From: a virus | Lineage: Duplodnaviria; Caudoviricetes | Length of the DNA: 56,955 nt | Strand: one strand, 5' to 3' | IMG/VR virus record: IMGVR_UViG_3300012948_000001 | Coordinates: 1-56,955 of that record | Shown here: positions 9,111 through 18,388 of the stretch, piece by piece | Layout of the letters: every line of letters starts with the position of its first letter | Position numbering within the stretch: the first letter of the stretch is position 1 | The notes under the pieces: generated by a model | What the model saw: only the letters and a program-made list of their open reading frames with translations | Database searches by the model: none | Told to the model about the DNA's origin: nothing | Made by a program: the position numbers and the translations under genes

Positions 9111-9136
9111 CTTTGTAATCTACTCGGGAGGCTATC

Positions 9137-9490
9137 ATTCGGCATACGCTTGCGATACTAACTGTATGTGCAGCTTTTATAGCAGCAACAGCAGGACAAG
9201 CACAAGCGAAACATCCGAAGAAAGAGCATGTACCGAACTGGATAGTACGAGCGTTCTTATGTATTCATAGGTACGAGGGTAGCTGGCAAGATAACTATGC
9301 GCCCTATTGGGGTGGGCTCCAAATGGATGTTTCGTTCATGTATAGCTATGGACGAGACATGATTCGTAAGTATAATGGATATGCAAACAGATGGAGTCCG
9401 CACGATCAGATCGTAGTTGGCTATCGTGCATGGAAAGTGAGGGGTTTCCAACCATGGCCGAACACGGCCAGGCATTGCCACTTGTTGTAG
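9137..9490 (+). CDS. Secreted Rpf-like (resuscitation-promoting factor) lytic transglycosylase with non-canonical ATT start (not in ORF track)
   Basis: GGGAGG SD at 9126; signal peptide ending AQA; CIHRYEGSW...YWGGLQM...ANRWSPHDQI...RGFQPWPNTARHC matches the Rpf motif set with catalytic Glu. Confidence 0.8.
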   Translation: MRHTLAILTVCAAFIAATAGQAQAKHPKKEHVPNWIVRAFLCIHRYEGSWQDNYAPYWGGLQMDVSFMYSYGRDMIRKYNGYANRWSPHDQIVVGYRAWKVRGFQPWPNTARHCHLL

Positions 9491-9966
9491 ACGAATTCGT
9501 TTGTCCTTCATGTGGCAACTTTGTTCGTGATATAAACGACGAGACAGGATGGTGTTTAACATGCAGTCCACCATCCTGTTCTCGTTGCCATGGTGGTATC
9601 CATACCGACGGACGGAATGGAGCAACATACGTATCAGATTCAGAAGTCATATGGAAATCAGGGAGGTGGTTATGTCGTAAATGCATTCGGGAGTTATGGG
9701 TTGAGCATAATGCAGATCGAATAGAAGAGTTCATGCTAATCGGTCTGAGTTATCATCAGGCAGTAAGAAGGGTTAAGAACGAGAACAGGGCTGTATGCGT
9801 CGTATGCTCTTCACCAATCCCAGGTCGGCACAGGGCGCAGACGTTATTCTGCAAACGAACTAAGGCTTGCAGAACAGCTAAGTCAAAATACCTCTGGAAG
9901 ATAAACCATTATGGTATGTCTCCAGAGGATGCGTTGGAAGAGGTACTACAGAATGGAGATTACTAA
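9454..9966 (+). CDS. Multi-Zn-finger protein
   Basis: Six CxxC-like pairs; start revised to ATG 9454 (GAGGGGT SD). Confidence 0.7.
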   Translation: MAEHGQALPLVVDEFVCPSCGNFVRDINDETGWCLTCSPPSCSRCHGGIHTDGRNGATYVSDSEVIWKSGRWLCRKCIRELWVEHNADRIEEFMLIGLSYHQAVRRVKNENRAVCVVCSSPIPGRHRAQTLFCKRTKACRTAKSKYLWKINHYGMSPEDALEEVLQNGDY

Positions 9967-11536
9967 AAAGCCATTCCAAGAACAGGAGCTAGAGCAGCTC
10001 GTCCCACTAGATAATTGTGCGAATTGGGATGAGATGGGTTGCTTCAAGACTAGCACCGTTTTGTGGTGGTTGGAAGAGAAGTTCAAGCATAAGGCATACG
10101 AAGTAGATAGTGATGGTGTAGCAGAACAGACTGTCGTATCTGAGAAAGCACCTAAAGTCCTGGTCATTACCACTCGATCTGGTAAAGGAACTTATTGGTT
10201 GCTGACTCCGCAGGTACATCCCAATTGGGAGTTGTTCAATATCCAACGCAAGAAGGTAACTCTTGTCATTGACGATATGGAACTCCCCGTGGATGAAATT
10301 CCTCTTAACGGTAATCATCCTATGTTGTTTGTGGCGCATTATGATGTATTTACCGAGAGGAAACCGCGGAAGAAAGCGATTGATAAAGCGGCTAAGAAGG
10401 AAGTAACAGAGGAATCGAATCCTCTGCTGGAGCAAATGATTCAACTTCATGGTAAACAAGATCAGGGTCTAGTCGATGAGCTTTTGAAGATCGAATGGGA
10501 TGCTGTAGTTATTGATGAAGCGCACCGAATCAAAGGCAGAAAGACCGGCTGGACTAAGAACATCAAGAAACTCAAGACGAAGAGGAAGCAAGTAATGACC
10601 GGGACTGGTTTCATCAATCGGCCCGATGAGATATGGTCATTGCTACACTTCCTTGAACCTAGAAGGTTTACCTCGTATTGGAGATTCCGTGAAAGATACT
10701 GCGATGAGGAAGTTGATTGGTCAGGCTTTAGAAAAATCAAGGGAATCAAGCCGGATACCGAACAAGAGTTTAAGGAGCTTATTCGGTCATTCGGCCCAAG
10801 ACACACAAAGCGAGATGTGTTCCCAAACTTGCCAGAGCCAATCTTCTCACCAATCGAGGTAGAACTTAATGCGACGCAGTTGTCTATGTATGAAGCAATC
10901 AGGGACGAGTTGTATGCCCTTGACCAACAAGGGTTGCCCATACTCGCGCCCAACGTCCTATCGGCGCTCCAAAGATTGCGGCAAATCTGTGTCGCAACAC
11001 CAGAAGTAGTTAGGGATTACTATGATCCAGAAGAGGGACGAAGAAGGCAAGAGATTAAGCTTGTCGAACCTTCCTCTAAACTCGATGCTCTCATGGAAAT
11101 TGTCGAGGGGCTTGAATGGGACGATGAACGTAGAGATCAAGTTGTCGTTTTCTCTAACTTCAAAGACCCTATCGAACTTGCCAAAGCAAGATTTGATAAA
11201 GCTGGAATCTCTTATATCCACATGCAACAAAGTGATAACGACCGCAAGAGATATGAGAAATGGTCAATAGAATTCCCGAAGAGAGAAAAGCAGGTATTTA
11301 TCTGTACCTTGCAACTGGGAAGCGAAAGTATCAGTCTTACTTCAGCGACTACCTGTGTTTTCTTAGACAGGTCGTGGAGTCCGAAAGACAACGAGCAAGG
11401 GATTTCAAGAGTATGGAGGCCGGGACAGGAATATCCGGCAAACATCATTCACATTAACGCAAAGGACACGGTTGATGAAAGGGTCTTCCGTGTAAACGAA
11501 ATTAAGAAAAGTTGGTTTACGCAAATCTTTGGCTGA
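9953..11536 (+). CDS. SNF2-family helicase
   Basis: DEMGCFKT, DEAH, MTGT, LRQI, SW.P..NEQGISRVWRPGQ motifs. Confidence 0.9.
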   Translation: MEITKKPFQEQELEQLVPLDNCANWDEMGCFKTSTVLWWLEEKFKHKAYEVDSDGVAEQTVVSEKAPKVLVITTRSGKGTYWLLTPQVHPNWELFNIQRKKVTLVIDDMELPVDEIPLNGNHPMLFVAHYDVFTERKPRKKAIDKAAKKEVTEESNPLLEQMIQLHGKQDQGLVDELLKIEWDAVVIDEAHRIKGRKTGWTKNIKKLKTKRKQVMTGTGFINRPDEIWSLLHFLEPRRFTSYWRFRERYCDEEVDWSGFRKIKGIKPDTEQEFKELIRSFGPRHTKRDVFPNLPEPIFSPIEVELNATQLSMYEAIRDELYALDQQGLPILAPNVLSALQRLRQICVATPEVVRDYYDPEEGRRRQEIKLVEPSSKLDALMEIVEGLEWDDERRDQVVVFSNFKDPIELAKARFDKAGISYIHMQQSDNDRKRYEKWSIEFPKREKQVFICTLQLGSESISLTSATTCVFLDRSWSPKDNEQGISRVWRPGQEYPANIIHINAKDTVDERVFRVNEIKKSWFTQIFG

Positions 11537-11792
11537 TGTTCACCATACTATCCGACATACCCAACTCAGACATATGGAGAGAATGGGTGACAAACCCTTA
11601 CCCTCACTGAAGGAGGCATTAGCTCACGACCCTGAACTAAGAAAAGAAATAAAACGGATGGTAAGTGACAGAGCGATAGTCGCTGAACGTAAAGCCAAGA
11701 ACATAGAAGGAGCAATTAAACGAAGTCACAGGAATAAAGTTTGGTCACTAGAGGAATGGAAAGATCACATGGATGAACGGGGCTGTTATTAA
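11529..11792 (+). CDS. Hypothetical protein
   Basis: Overlap with helicase stop. Confidence 0.55.
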   Translation: MADVHHTIRHTQLRHMERMGDKPLPSLKEALAHDPELRKEIKRMVSDRAIVAERKAKNIEGAIKRSHRNKVWSLEEWKDHMDERGCY

Positions 11793-11828
11793 CCTCCGGT
11801 CAAACGGAAAAAAGATTGTCCGGAGGGC

Positions 11829-11857
11829 TTGACATTCGCGTCGCCGTGTGGTAGTGT
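11829..11857 (+). promoter_or_regulatory. Housekeeping-sigma promoter
   Basis: TTGACA-17-TAGTGT with TG extension. Confidence 0.7.
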
Positions 11858-11998
11858 CTCAAATTCCTCTCCGGCGGGATGACGCATTCCGCTGGGTGGA
11901 ACATCCAGGTTACGGGGGAAGTTGAATTAGTCCCAGCTTCCCCCGCTAACCTCGCTAATACGGGTAACGCACATAACGCGGTGAACTAGGAGGTTCAG

Positions 11999-12142
11999 TT
12001 GTCCGCAAAAAATAGAAAAGTAGGATGGCCGAAAGGCAGAAAGCTGTCTGTTCAGCATAAGAGAGCAATCTCAGATGGCATGAAAAACAGCAGTCACGTA
12101 ACTGCAAGCCAACGTAAGAGACGTGAGAATGAGCGGAATTAA
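11999..12142 (+). CDS. Small basic NUMOD3-like protein, 47 aa (not in ORF track)
   Basis: AGGAGG SD with TTG; KGRKLSVQHKRAISDGMK. Confidence 0.6.
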   Translation: MSAKNRKVGWPKGRKLSVQHKRAISDGMKNSSHVTASQRKRRENERN

Positions 12143-13385
12143 GATAGATCCAACGCCAGCAGTTCGTCCGCCGAAGATACCGTCGAAGTTCGACGTTATC
12201 CCGATTCACGCGAGCGATAGAGGCACATTCAAAAAGTGCAGACGCAAATGGGATTGGTCTAGTCCCATGCGTCATAATCTTCAACAGAAGGTAGAGTTCT
12301 CAGGACTCTATATCCCGCTGTGGTTTGGTTCTGGAGTACACTATGCGCTCGCACAATACTACAATCCAGTTCTGCAACGTGATCCTGTAGAGACATTTCT
12401 ATGGTGGTACGATTTGCAGATGAATGGTGGTATATGCAACGAGGAACAACTTGATCTAGTCTATGATCGTAAGCCGAAGCAATACGTCCATAACGGAACC
12501 GTACAGTTTGAGGTACGTGGTTTGTATGATCTACTGCCCACTTACGATATAGAAGAGTACGAGGAACATCGTGAACTCGGAATTGGTATGCTCAATTACT
12601 ACAAAGAGTATGCCGCAGAGAATGATAGTTTCGCAGTTATTTGTGAAGAGCACACATTCTCTGTTCCTGTAATGCAGAAAATGATGCATGGTGAAGATCA
12701 ACCTCTATCGGCCATTGATCCTCGTGATGGTAAGGTAAAGCCGGTGCATATACGGGGTACACAGGATGCAATCATCCAAGACCTAGAGTATGGATTGTTC
12801 GGAATTCTCGAACACAAGACCGCAGCAGCGATAGACGAAAACTATCACAGAAAGTTGGAGAAGGATGAACAATGTACGACGTATATGTATGCTGGTGAGA
12901 TTGAGGCCAGACAGCATGGCCTTGAATACGAGAAAATATCATTCGTCCTATACAACGCGCTTCGCAAAGCGTTCCCCAAACCGCCAACCCCAACTAAGTC
13001 AGGACTCTTCTCTATCAACCGACAGACTGAATCAACTACGCCCGGAATGCTCCGTGAATACATTGAACGAAACGGACTAGAGGTAGTAGTTGAAGCCGAC
13101 GAAAAGCTCCAAGCGTATGTAGAATATGTCGAGAGATCAGGTGGCGAACAGTTCATCAAGAGAAACTACGTCCGTCGTAACCGAGCAGAGATTGAGTCAT
13201 GCGGGGAACGGATATATATGGAAGTCAGCGATATGCTAGACCCGCATGTCCGTATCTATCCGAATCCCACAGGCGAGCATTCCTGCCTCAATTGCATATT
13301 CCGTTCACCATGTATCGCCAGGGATGATGGAAGTGAATGGCAACTTATTCTCGACGATCAGTTTGAAGAGAACTGGACGAGATGA
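12129..13385 (+). CDS. PD-(D/E)XK Cas4/RecB-like exonuclease
   Basis: FKKCRRKW, FGSGVH, GTQD..EHKT, Q..Y, C-terminal CxxCxFxxxC. Confidence 0.85.
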   Translation: MSGIKIDPTPAVRPPKIPSKFDVIPIHASDRGTFKKCRRKWDWSSPMRHNLQQKVEFSGLYIPLWFGSGVHYALAQYYNPVLQRDPVETFLWWYDLQMNGGICNEEQLDLVYDRKPKQYVHNGTVQFEVRGLYDLLPTYDIEEYEEHRELGIGMLNYYKEYAAENDSFAVICEEHTFSVPVMQKMMHGEDQPLSAIDPRDGKVKPVHIRGTQDAIIQDLEYGLFGILEHKTAAAIDENYHRKLEKDEQCTTYMYAGEIEARQHGLEYEKISFVLYNALRKAFPKPPTPTKSGLFSINRQTESTTPGMLREYIERNGLEVVVEADEKLQAYVEYVERSGGEQFIKRNYVRRNRAEIESCGERIYMEVSDMLDPHVRIYPNPTGEHSCLNCIFRSPCIARDDGSEWQLILDDQFEENWTR

Positions 13386-13419
13386 ACATAAATGAAAACC
13401 TATAGAATCGCGGAACTAG

Positions 13420-13653
13420 GTGGTAAAGTTAATGGATAGAGAGGCTATTTGTGGGGCAGTAGCAAGAGGCTGGTGCTGGCCTATCAACTCTCACAAGACG
13501 ATGGACGTTGAATTAGCACATGCCATAACTGAAGAGATATGGCAGGCTGATTGGACTCCTAATCTTGGTTGTGCTACAACACGAGAGCTTTTAGATGAAA
13601 TTCGAGCACGTATAGAAATTGATGGCAAACTCGACTACAAGACAGTAACATGA
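13420..13653 (+). CDS. Hypothetical protein
   Basis: ARGWC...KTMDVELA motif; start uncertain. Confidence 0.55.
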   Translation: MVKLMDREAICGAVARGWCWPINSHKTMDVELAHAITEEIWQADWTPNLGCATTRELLDEIRARIEIDGKLDYKTVT

Positions 13654-13889
13654 CTTCAACGTTTAAGAACACAGACGATATAACAATCGACAAACTATTA
13701 GAGGAACCGGAAAGACCAAAACAAGTAGGCCCACTTAGGAGACACGACAAAGAGATGCGTTGCGCGAATCGTGGTTGTGGTTCACCAACATATCTTAGGG
13801 TACAAGGTGTGTCACGTTGCTCTGTTCATGCGTTGAACGAGCTTAATGAAATGCTAGTCGAAGCAGGATTTATGGGAGTAATGAACTAA
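13650..13889 (+). CDS. Small Zn-binding protein
   Basis: CANRGC...CSVH; ATGA overlap. Confidence 0.6.
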   Translation: MTSTFKNTDDITIDKLLEEPERPKQVGPLRRHDKEMRCANRGCGSPTYLRVQGVSRCSVHALNELNEMLVEAGFMGVMN

Positions 13890-14062
13890 TGCATTTCTAT
13901 ATCCCTACATGGGTTGTAGCGTTCGTGGTCGGCGGATATATCGGTCACTTGCTTGAACGACTACGCTGGAAGATTATTATCTGGAAGCATGAGAATAGCG
14001 AAGGGGGTGATACACTATCGCAATCGCAGAATCATCCATCAGACAGCGACTCGGAGCAGTAA
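13889..14062 (+). CDS. Small membrane protein, 57 aa (not in ORF track)
   Basis: TAATG coupling; hydrophobic N-terminus. Confidence 0.5.
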   Translation: MHFYIPTWVVAFVVGGYIGHLLERLRWKIIIWKHENSEGGDTLSQSQNHPSDSDSEQ

Positions 14063-14808
14063 CCATAGAAGAAATACCTCAATGGCTTGATATGCTCATC
14101 TTCGGTGAGCCTGGAGTCGGTAAGACTACATTCATGGGAACAGTTCTGGATCATCCTGATCTGTTGCCGTGTTTGTGGTTAGATATCGAAGGTGGAACTA
14201 CTCCAATCGCTGACAAACTACTACATCATAAGAGCGATGTAGATGTTATTCCCCTTCGTACTTTGAAGAAGTTGCAAGAAACTCAGAACCTCCTTTATAT
14301 GGAAGGCGATAACCTACCATATCGTTCTCTTGTAGTGGACAATATGACTGAGCTGCAATCAATTGATATGAAGGTTATCATGAGGGAGGCAAAAGCTAAC
14401 GCTCGTGATCCATCAAAGATTGATATCGACGTTCCGTCTCAACGGGAATGGGGAAAGTCCCGAGAGCATATGCGTGCTATTACCAGATCACTTCGGGACT
14501 TGCCATGCCATCTATTCACAACAGCTCATACAGTCGATGTTATCAAAGACGGACAACCCGACAGAATTTATCCCGGCTTTGGTGGTAAAGCTAAGTCGGA
14601 CGTACCAGGGTTCCTCAACATTGTTGGTTACATGACAATGCTAACAGAAAGGGGGAAAGAGCCTGAGATACGGATTCAAACCATCGGATCGAAACAGGTG
14701 CTAGCCAAGGATAGATTTAAGAAGCTAGATCATCTGCTTATCAATCCAACAATCCCAGCAATCTACGAAACGATTTACGGAACAGGAGAGAGTAATGCCA
14801 CTTCTTGA
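14017..14808 (+). CDS. AAA_24/Sak4-like ATPase recombinase; start probably ATC at 14017 (track: ATG 14092)
   Basis: GEPGVGKT Walker A, DIEGG, VVDNMTE; GGGGGTGA SD precedes ATC. Confidence 0.8.
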   Translation: MAIAESSIRQRLGAVTIEEIPQWLDMLIFGEPGVGKTTFMGTVLDHPDLLPCLWLDIEGGTTPIADKLLHHKSDVDVIPLRTLKKLQETQNLLYMEGDNLPYRSLVVDNMTELQSIDMKVIMREAKANARDPSKIDIDVPSQREWGKSREHMRAITRSLRDLPCHLFTTAHTVDVIKDGQPDRIYPGFGGKAKSDVPGFLNIVGYMTMLTERGKEPEIRIQTIGSKQVLAKDRFKKLDHLLINPTIPAIYETIYGTGESNATS

Positions 14809-15322
14809 TTTGACTGATCGTGAAGGTGGGTTTGTCGCAGTTCCCGCAGGACGTTACAAGGCTACTATTATGGAAGCTGAGGAACGTCATACGGGTGGCG
14901 GAGGTAAGATGCCCGAAGGTACGCCAATGATCGCGATTCAATGGCGTCTTGATGAAGCATTGTTCGATTGGCCTGAGACTGTCGATGATTTCAATGCCGA
15001 AGGTGAGCTAGTTCCGGTAGATGCACCATCGTTGGAAAACCGTAGAGTCTTTTCCAGCCATGTTATACCGCCGAAAGAGGCTGTAAACTACAAGATGATG
15101 AACGGTATGCTCTTTCGGATGCTCGAAGCAATCGGATACAGTAAGGAGGAACTTGCATCCGGTAACTTCGAGTTGGACTACGAGGATATGAAGAGTCGTG
15201 AAGCTCTACTGACTGTCACGCGCGAGACGTATACCGATCCTGATACTGAGGAAAAGGTATTGCAGAATCGCGTGAAGGCTATCAAGGCCGCAGGTGCCGC
15301 TGCTTCATCCGGTATTCTTTAA
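14795..15322 (+). CDS. DUF669-like ssDNA-binding protein
   Basis: VPAGRYKATI..AE...NRVK; position after Sak4-like gene. Confidence 0.7.
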   Translation: MPLLDLTDREGGFVAVPAGRYKATIMEAEERHTGGGGKMPEGTPMIAIQWRLDEALFDWPETVDDFNAEGELVPVDAPSLENRRVFSSHVIPPKEAVNYKMMNGMLFRMLEAIGYSKEELASGNFELDYEDMKSREALLTVTRETYTDPDTEEKVLQNRVKAIKAAGAAASSGIL

Positions 15323-15331
15323 GAAGGAGCT

Positions 15332-15499
15332 ATGAAGGTAGAAGACCCAGAGGAAATTGGTAACTTCATCATGAAGACAGTCTCTCTTAATCCTGGCATG
15401 AAAGCATCACAAGCTGCTGATCTCTACTTCAGCACGAAGCAAAAGCAATACGACAAGGTTGCCGAGCCTAGCGTCAATGGCAACAGTCGCGCAGCCTAG
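15332..15499 (+). CDS. Small hypothetical protein, 55 aa (not in ORF track)
   Basis: AAGGAG SD then ATG. Confidence 0.55.
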   Translation: MKVEDPEEIGNFIMKTVSLNPGMKASQAADLYFSTKQKQYDKVAEPSVNGNSRAA

Positions 15500-17669
15500 T
15501 AAGCTAAGAGAGAAGTTCTTTGAGTACCTGTTTGATGACCAAACGGGCTACCTTTGTATAGCTACGGCGGATAAGACACAAGATCCGAAAGCTATGCGAG
15601 CATCGTTTAAGCAAACATTCTTTAAGTGGCCTAGCGATAAGGATACTGTATCCGATTTCATCACGGGCAAAGTACCTCATGCCCATATATGGTATTCAGT
15701 AAGCCTTTTCGCTAGGCCAGACAGGAAGAAGGAATATGCAAATGCCGGAAGAATCATCTATGCAGACCTCGACGCCTGCGACCCAAGCATTGTCGAACCA
15801 CATCCTACACTTGTTACCGAGACTTCTTCAGGACGTTATCAAGGAATATGGCGAACAGACCGAATACTTGACCCCGACACTACAGAGGATTACGCAAGAA
15901 GAATTGCCTATAGATATTCTGTTAACGGTGTCGATAAATCAGGATGGGATACCGGGCAACTTCTTCGAGTTCCATATACCCGAAATTATAAGTACCCAGG
16001 AAATCCAGAAATTCGCATCATTGAATCCGTAGATGATCTACTCTCCCCCGATGTATTTGAATCAATCGACATACCGGAGTATGATCCATCACTAAATGGC
16101 GATCAAGATGCAACAATGCCAGAGTTGGATAAACTCCCCGATGCTGAGTTTGTCATCTATAAATACGAGAACGAACTAAAACGTAAGCCATTGACTCAGT
16201 TTTATATCGAGCCGGATGCGGGAGCGGATTGGTCATCGCTCATGTGGAGTCTCATCAATACGTGCTTTGAGGCAGGTATGAGCGATGTTGAGGTTTTCGC
16301 AATTGCATTGAAGGCGAAGTGCAACAAGTACGAGCGTGATCGTAGGCCAATTAGATATCTCTGGAAAGAGGTACAAAAAGCTGCGGCAGCACAAAAAGCT
16401 TTTAACGTCACGTTCGACAAATTTGGAAAGCTAGAGTTTCCCAACATTCAACCTGAACCCGCCACAGGGAGTTTCGCAGAAACCTACATCAATTGGGCAA
16501 CAGACACGACGGATGCGCCACCAATCTTTCACGAGCTGTCTGCCTTTATGGTATTGTCCTCTCTGCTCTCTAGTAATATTAGGCTAGAGTTGACGTTTGG
16601 TTCGATCGTTCCGAATTTATGGGGAATGATTTTGGGCAAGACTACTCTAGCCCGTAAGAGTACGGCTATGCAGTTGGCTACTGAGATGATTCTCAGTCTT
16701 GATGAAGAAGCAATACTCGCAACTGACGGATCAATTGAAGGGATAGTGCAAGGATTGAGTGAACGGCCTGGTCGAGCTTCCATCTACTTCCGTGATGAAG
16801 TAACAGGATTCTTCGACCAAGTAAACAAGAAGGATTATCTTGCAGGGATGATCGAAGCATTCACCTATCTCTACGACAGTCCTCTTAGATTTCGTAGGGT
16901 ATTGCGGAAAGAGACAGTTCATATCGAACGTCCGATCTTTATCTTCTTTGGTGGAGGGATCAAAGAGAAAGTATATTCGGTTGTTACAGAGGAATATATC
17001 TTCTCAGGCTTTCTACCTCGCTTTCTGGTCGTTGCAGGTGAGTCCTCCTTAGAGGAATTGCATGATGCCAAGAAACGTATGGACGAAGATATGAACAAAC
17101 GCAAAGTAGTTAAGGATCAGCTAGCTCAAGCATATGATCGGTATAATCAGATTCGTATGGTCAATATTGCGGGACAGCAAATAGCTCGCCAGCCTGAATT
17201 CGAAGCCGACATAACAGATGAGGCATTGGATTTGTGGAATAAATGGCAGAGAGAAATCCGAAAAGTTGCATACGACAGCCATGTGAGTCAGAACGCATTG
17301 CCGGTTTTCGAGCGTCTAACAATTTCAATGCTTAAGATGGCTATGCTGCTCGGTGCTGTCCGACAAGAACCCACGAACGATAAGTTTTTGATTGAGGAAA
17401 AAGATATACGAAATGCTGGACATTTCGTACAACGTTGGGCTAAGCATTCGGTAGATATGATTTACGATGTTGGCAAGAGTGGAGAGACTCGATTGCTTGA
17501 AAGGATCGTGGCCTATATTGCACGCAATCCAGGTGCTCCTAGAAGCAACGTCATGCGTGCTTTTCATCTGAATAAACGATCTGTAGACTTGTTTGAAGAT
17601 ACACTCGTCGAACGAGGCGAGATACGCCGCCAAAAATCAGGAAAGGGAGTGAGGTATTGGACGACATAG
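15477..17669 (+). CDS. RepB-type (AEP) primase fused to DUF3987-like helicase
   Basis: YADLD, ETSSGRYQGIW, LLRVPYTRNYKY; C-terminal RKS, RDE, GFLPRF. Confidence 0.85.
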   Translation: MATVAQPSKLREKFFEYLFDDQTGYLCIATADKTQDPKAMRASFKQTFFKWPSDKDTVSDFITGKVPHAHIWYSVSLFARPDRKKEYANAGRIIYADLDACDPSIVEPHPTLVTETSSGRYQGIWRTDRILDPDTTEDYARRIAYRYSVNGVDKSGWDTGQLLRVPYTRNYKYPGNPEIRIIESVDDLLSPDVFESIDIPEYDPSLNGDQDATMPELDKLPDAEFVIYKYENELKRKPLTQFYIEPDAGADWSSLMWSLINTCFEAGMSDVEVFAIALKAKCNKYERDRRPIRYLWKEVQKAAAAQKAFNVTFDKFGKLEFPNIQPEPATGSFAETYINWATDTTDAPPIFHELSAFMVLSSLLSSNIRLELTFGSIVPNLWGMILGKTTLARKSTAMQLATEMILSLDEEAILATDGSIEGIVQGLSERPGRASIYFRDEVTGFFDQVNKKDYLAGMIEAFTYLYDSPLRFRRVLRKETVHIERPIFIFFGGGIKEKVYSVVTEEYIFSGFLPRFLVVAGESSLEELHDAKKRMDEDMNKRKVVKDQLAQAYDRYNQIRMVNIAGQQIARQPEFEADITDEALDLWNKWQREIRKVAYDSHVSQNALPVFERLTISMLKMAMLLGAVRQEPTNDKFLIEEKDIRNAGHFVQRWAKHSVDMIYDVGKSGETRLLERIVAYIARNPGAPRSNVMRAFHLNKRSVDLFEDTLVERGEIRRQKSGKGVRYWTT

Positions 17670-18004
17670 AATCATCCGAACGATTGGAAAATTCTCAGGC
17701 AGCATTGCAGGAAGAGGTAGGTGAGTGGGATAGGTTGGAGGTACAGATTCTCGACGTGGCTATGAACAACCATGTTAGAATGAATATGTATATCGGTATG
17801 CTATTGGAGAAGCTCAGTGAGAATGGTACGATAGATCGGACAGAATTTGAGGCAGAAGCAAACGAGCGTATGGTTATCGAGCTTCAGAAGCTTAGAGAAC
17901 AGATCACTCCGGCGGTTCGGCAACAGCGTATGCGAGCCGCAGGTATCGAATTGCCCAACGGTCGCCATATGACGATCCCGAAAGATCATAGGAGGAAGCA
18001 TTAA
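17657..18004 (+). CDS. Hypothetical protein
   Basis: SD with TTG; operon packing. Confidence 0.6.
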   Translation: MDDIESSERLENSQAALQEEVGEWDRLEVQILDVAMNNHVRMNMYIGMLLEKLSENGTIDRTEFEAEANERMVIELQKLREQITPAVRQQRMRAAGIELPNGRHMTIPKDHRRKH

Positions 18005-18186
18005 TGGAAGGACACGCATCGGTTCCGGAAGATCGCTGGATGGAACTTGTCGATTCCGAGGTCAACGCTCTACGTTGGGCAGTAAGAATGTGTAGTGATG
18101 ATGAAATCATCACACAACTAGATGAGTCTATTCGTGTTCTAGTGGCATGGCGGGAGATGTGGAACCAGGGTGACGGAGAGGATTAA
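18004..18186 (+). CDS. Hypothetical protein
   Basis: TAATG coupling; GGAGG SD. Confidence 0.6.
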   Translation: MEGHASVPEDRWMELVDSEVNALRWAVRMCSDDEIITQLDESIRVLVAWREMWNQGDGED

Positions 18187-18388
18187 TCATCCTCAGCATT
18201 ACGGTGGAGATACTACCTACGAAACAATCAAAGTCATTCACGCCTGGAAACTAGGATTTAATCTTGGTAACTGCGTTAAATACATTTCCCGAGCCGGTAA
18301 GAAAACAGATCATGTCGAAGATTTGAAAAAAGCAGCGTTCTATCTAAACTATGAGATAGAACTATTAGAGGGTAAAAGAGAAATCTAA
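18170..18388 (+). CDS. DUF3310 protein
   Basis: INHPQHYG...GNCVKYISRAGKK...EDLKKA. Confidence 0.85.
   Translation: MTERINHPQHYGGDTTYETIKVIHAWKLGFNLGNCVKYISRAGKKTDHVEDLKKAAFYLNYEIELLEGKREI

Noticed and set aside
9391-9453. Track start of the Zn-finger ORF at 9391
   Set aside because: Overlaps the Rpf-like catalytic domain; a better SD exists for ATG 9454.
10030-10055. Inactive helicase because Walker A reads DEMGCFKT
   Set aside because: Lys-Thr and all other SNF2 motifs are intact; one substitution is not enough evidence.
12129-13385. Cas4 as part of a CRISPR system
   Set aside because: No array or other cas genes; it sits in the usual exonuclease-recombinase-SSB module.
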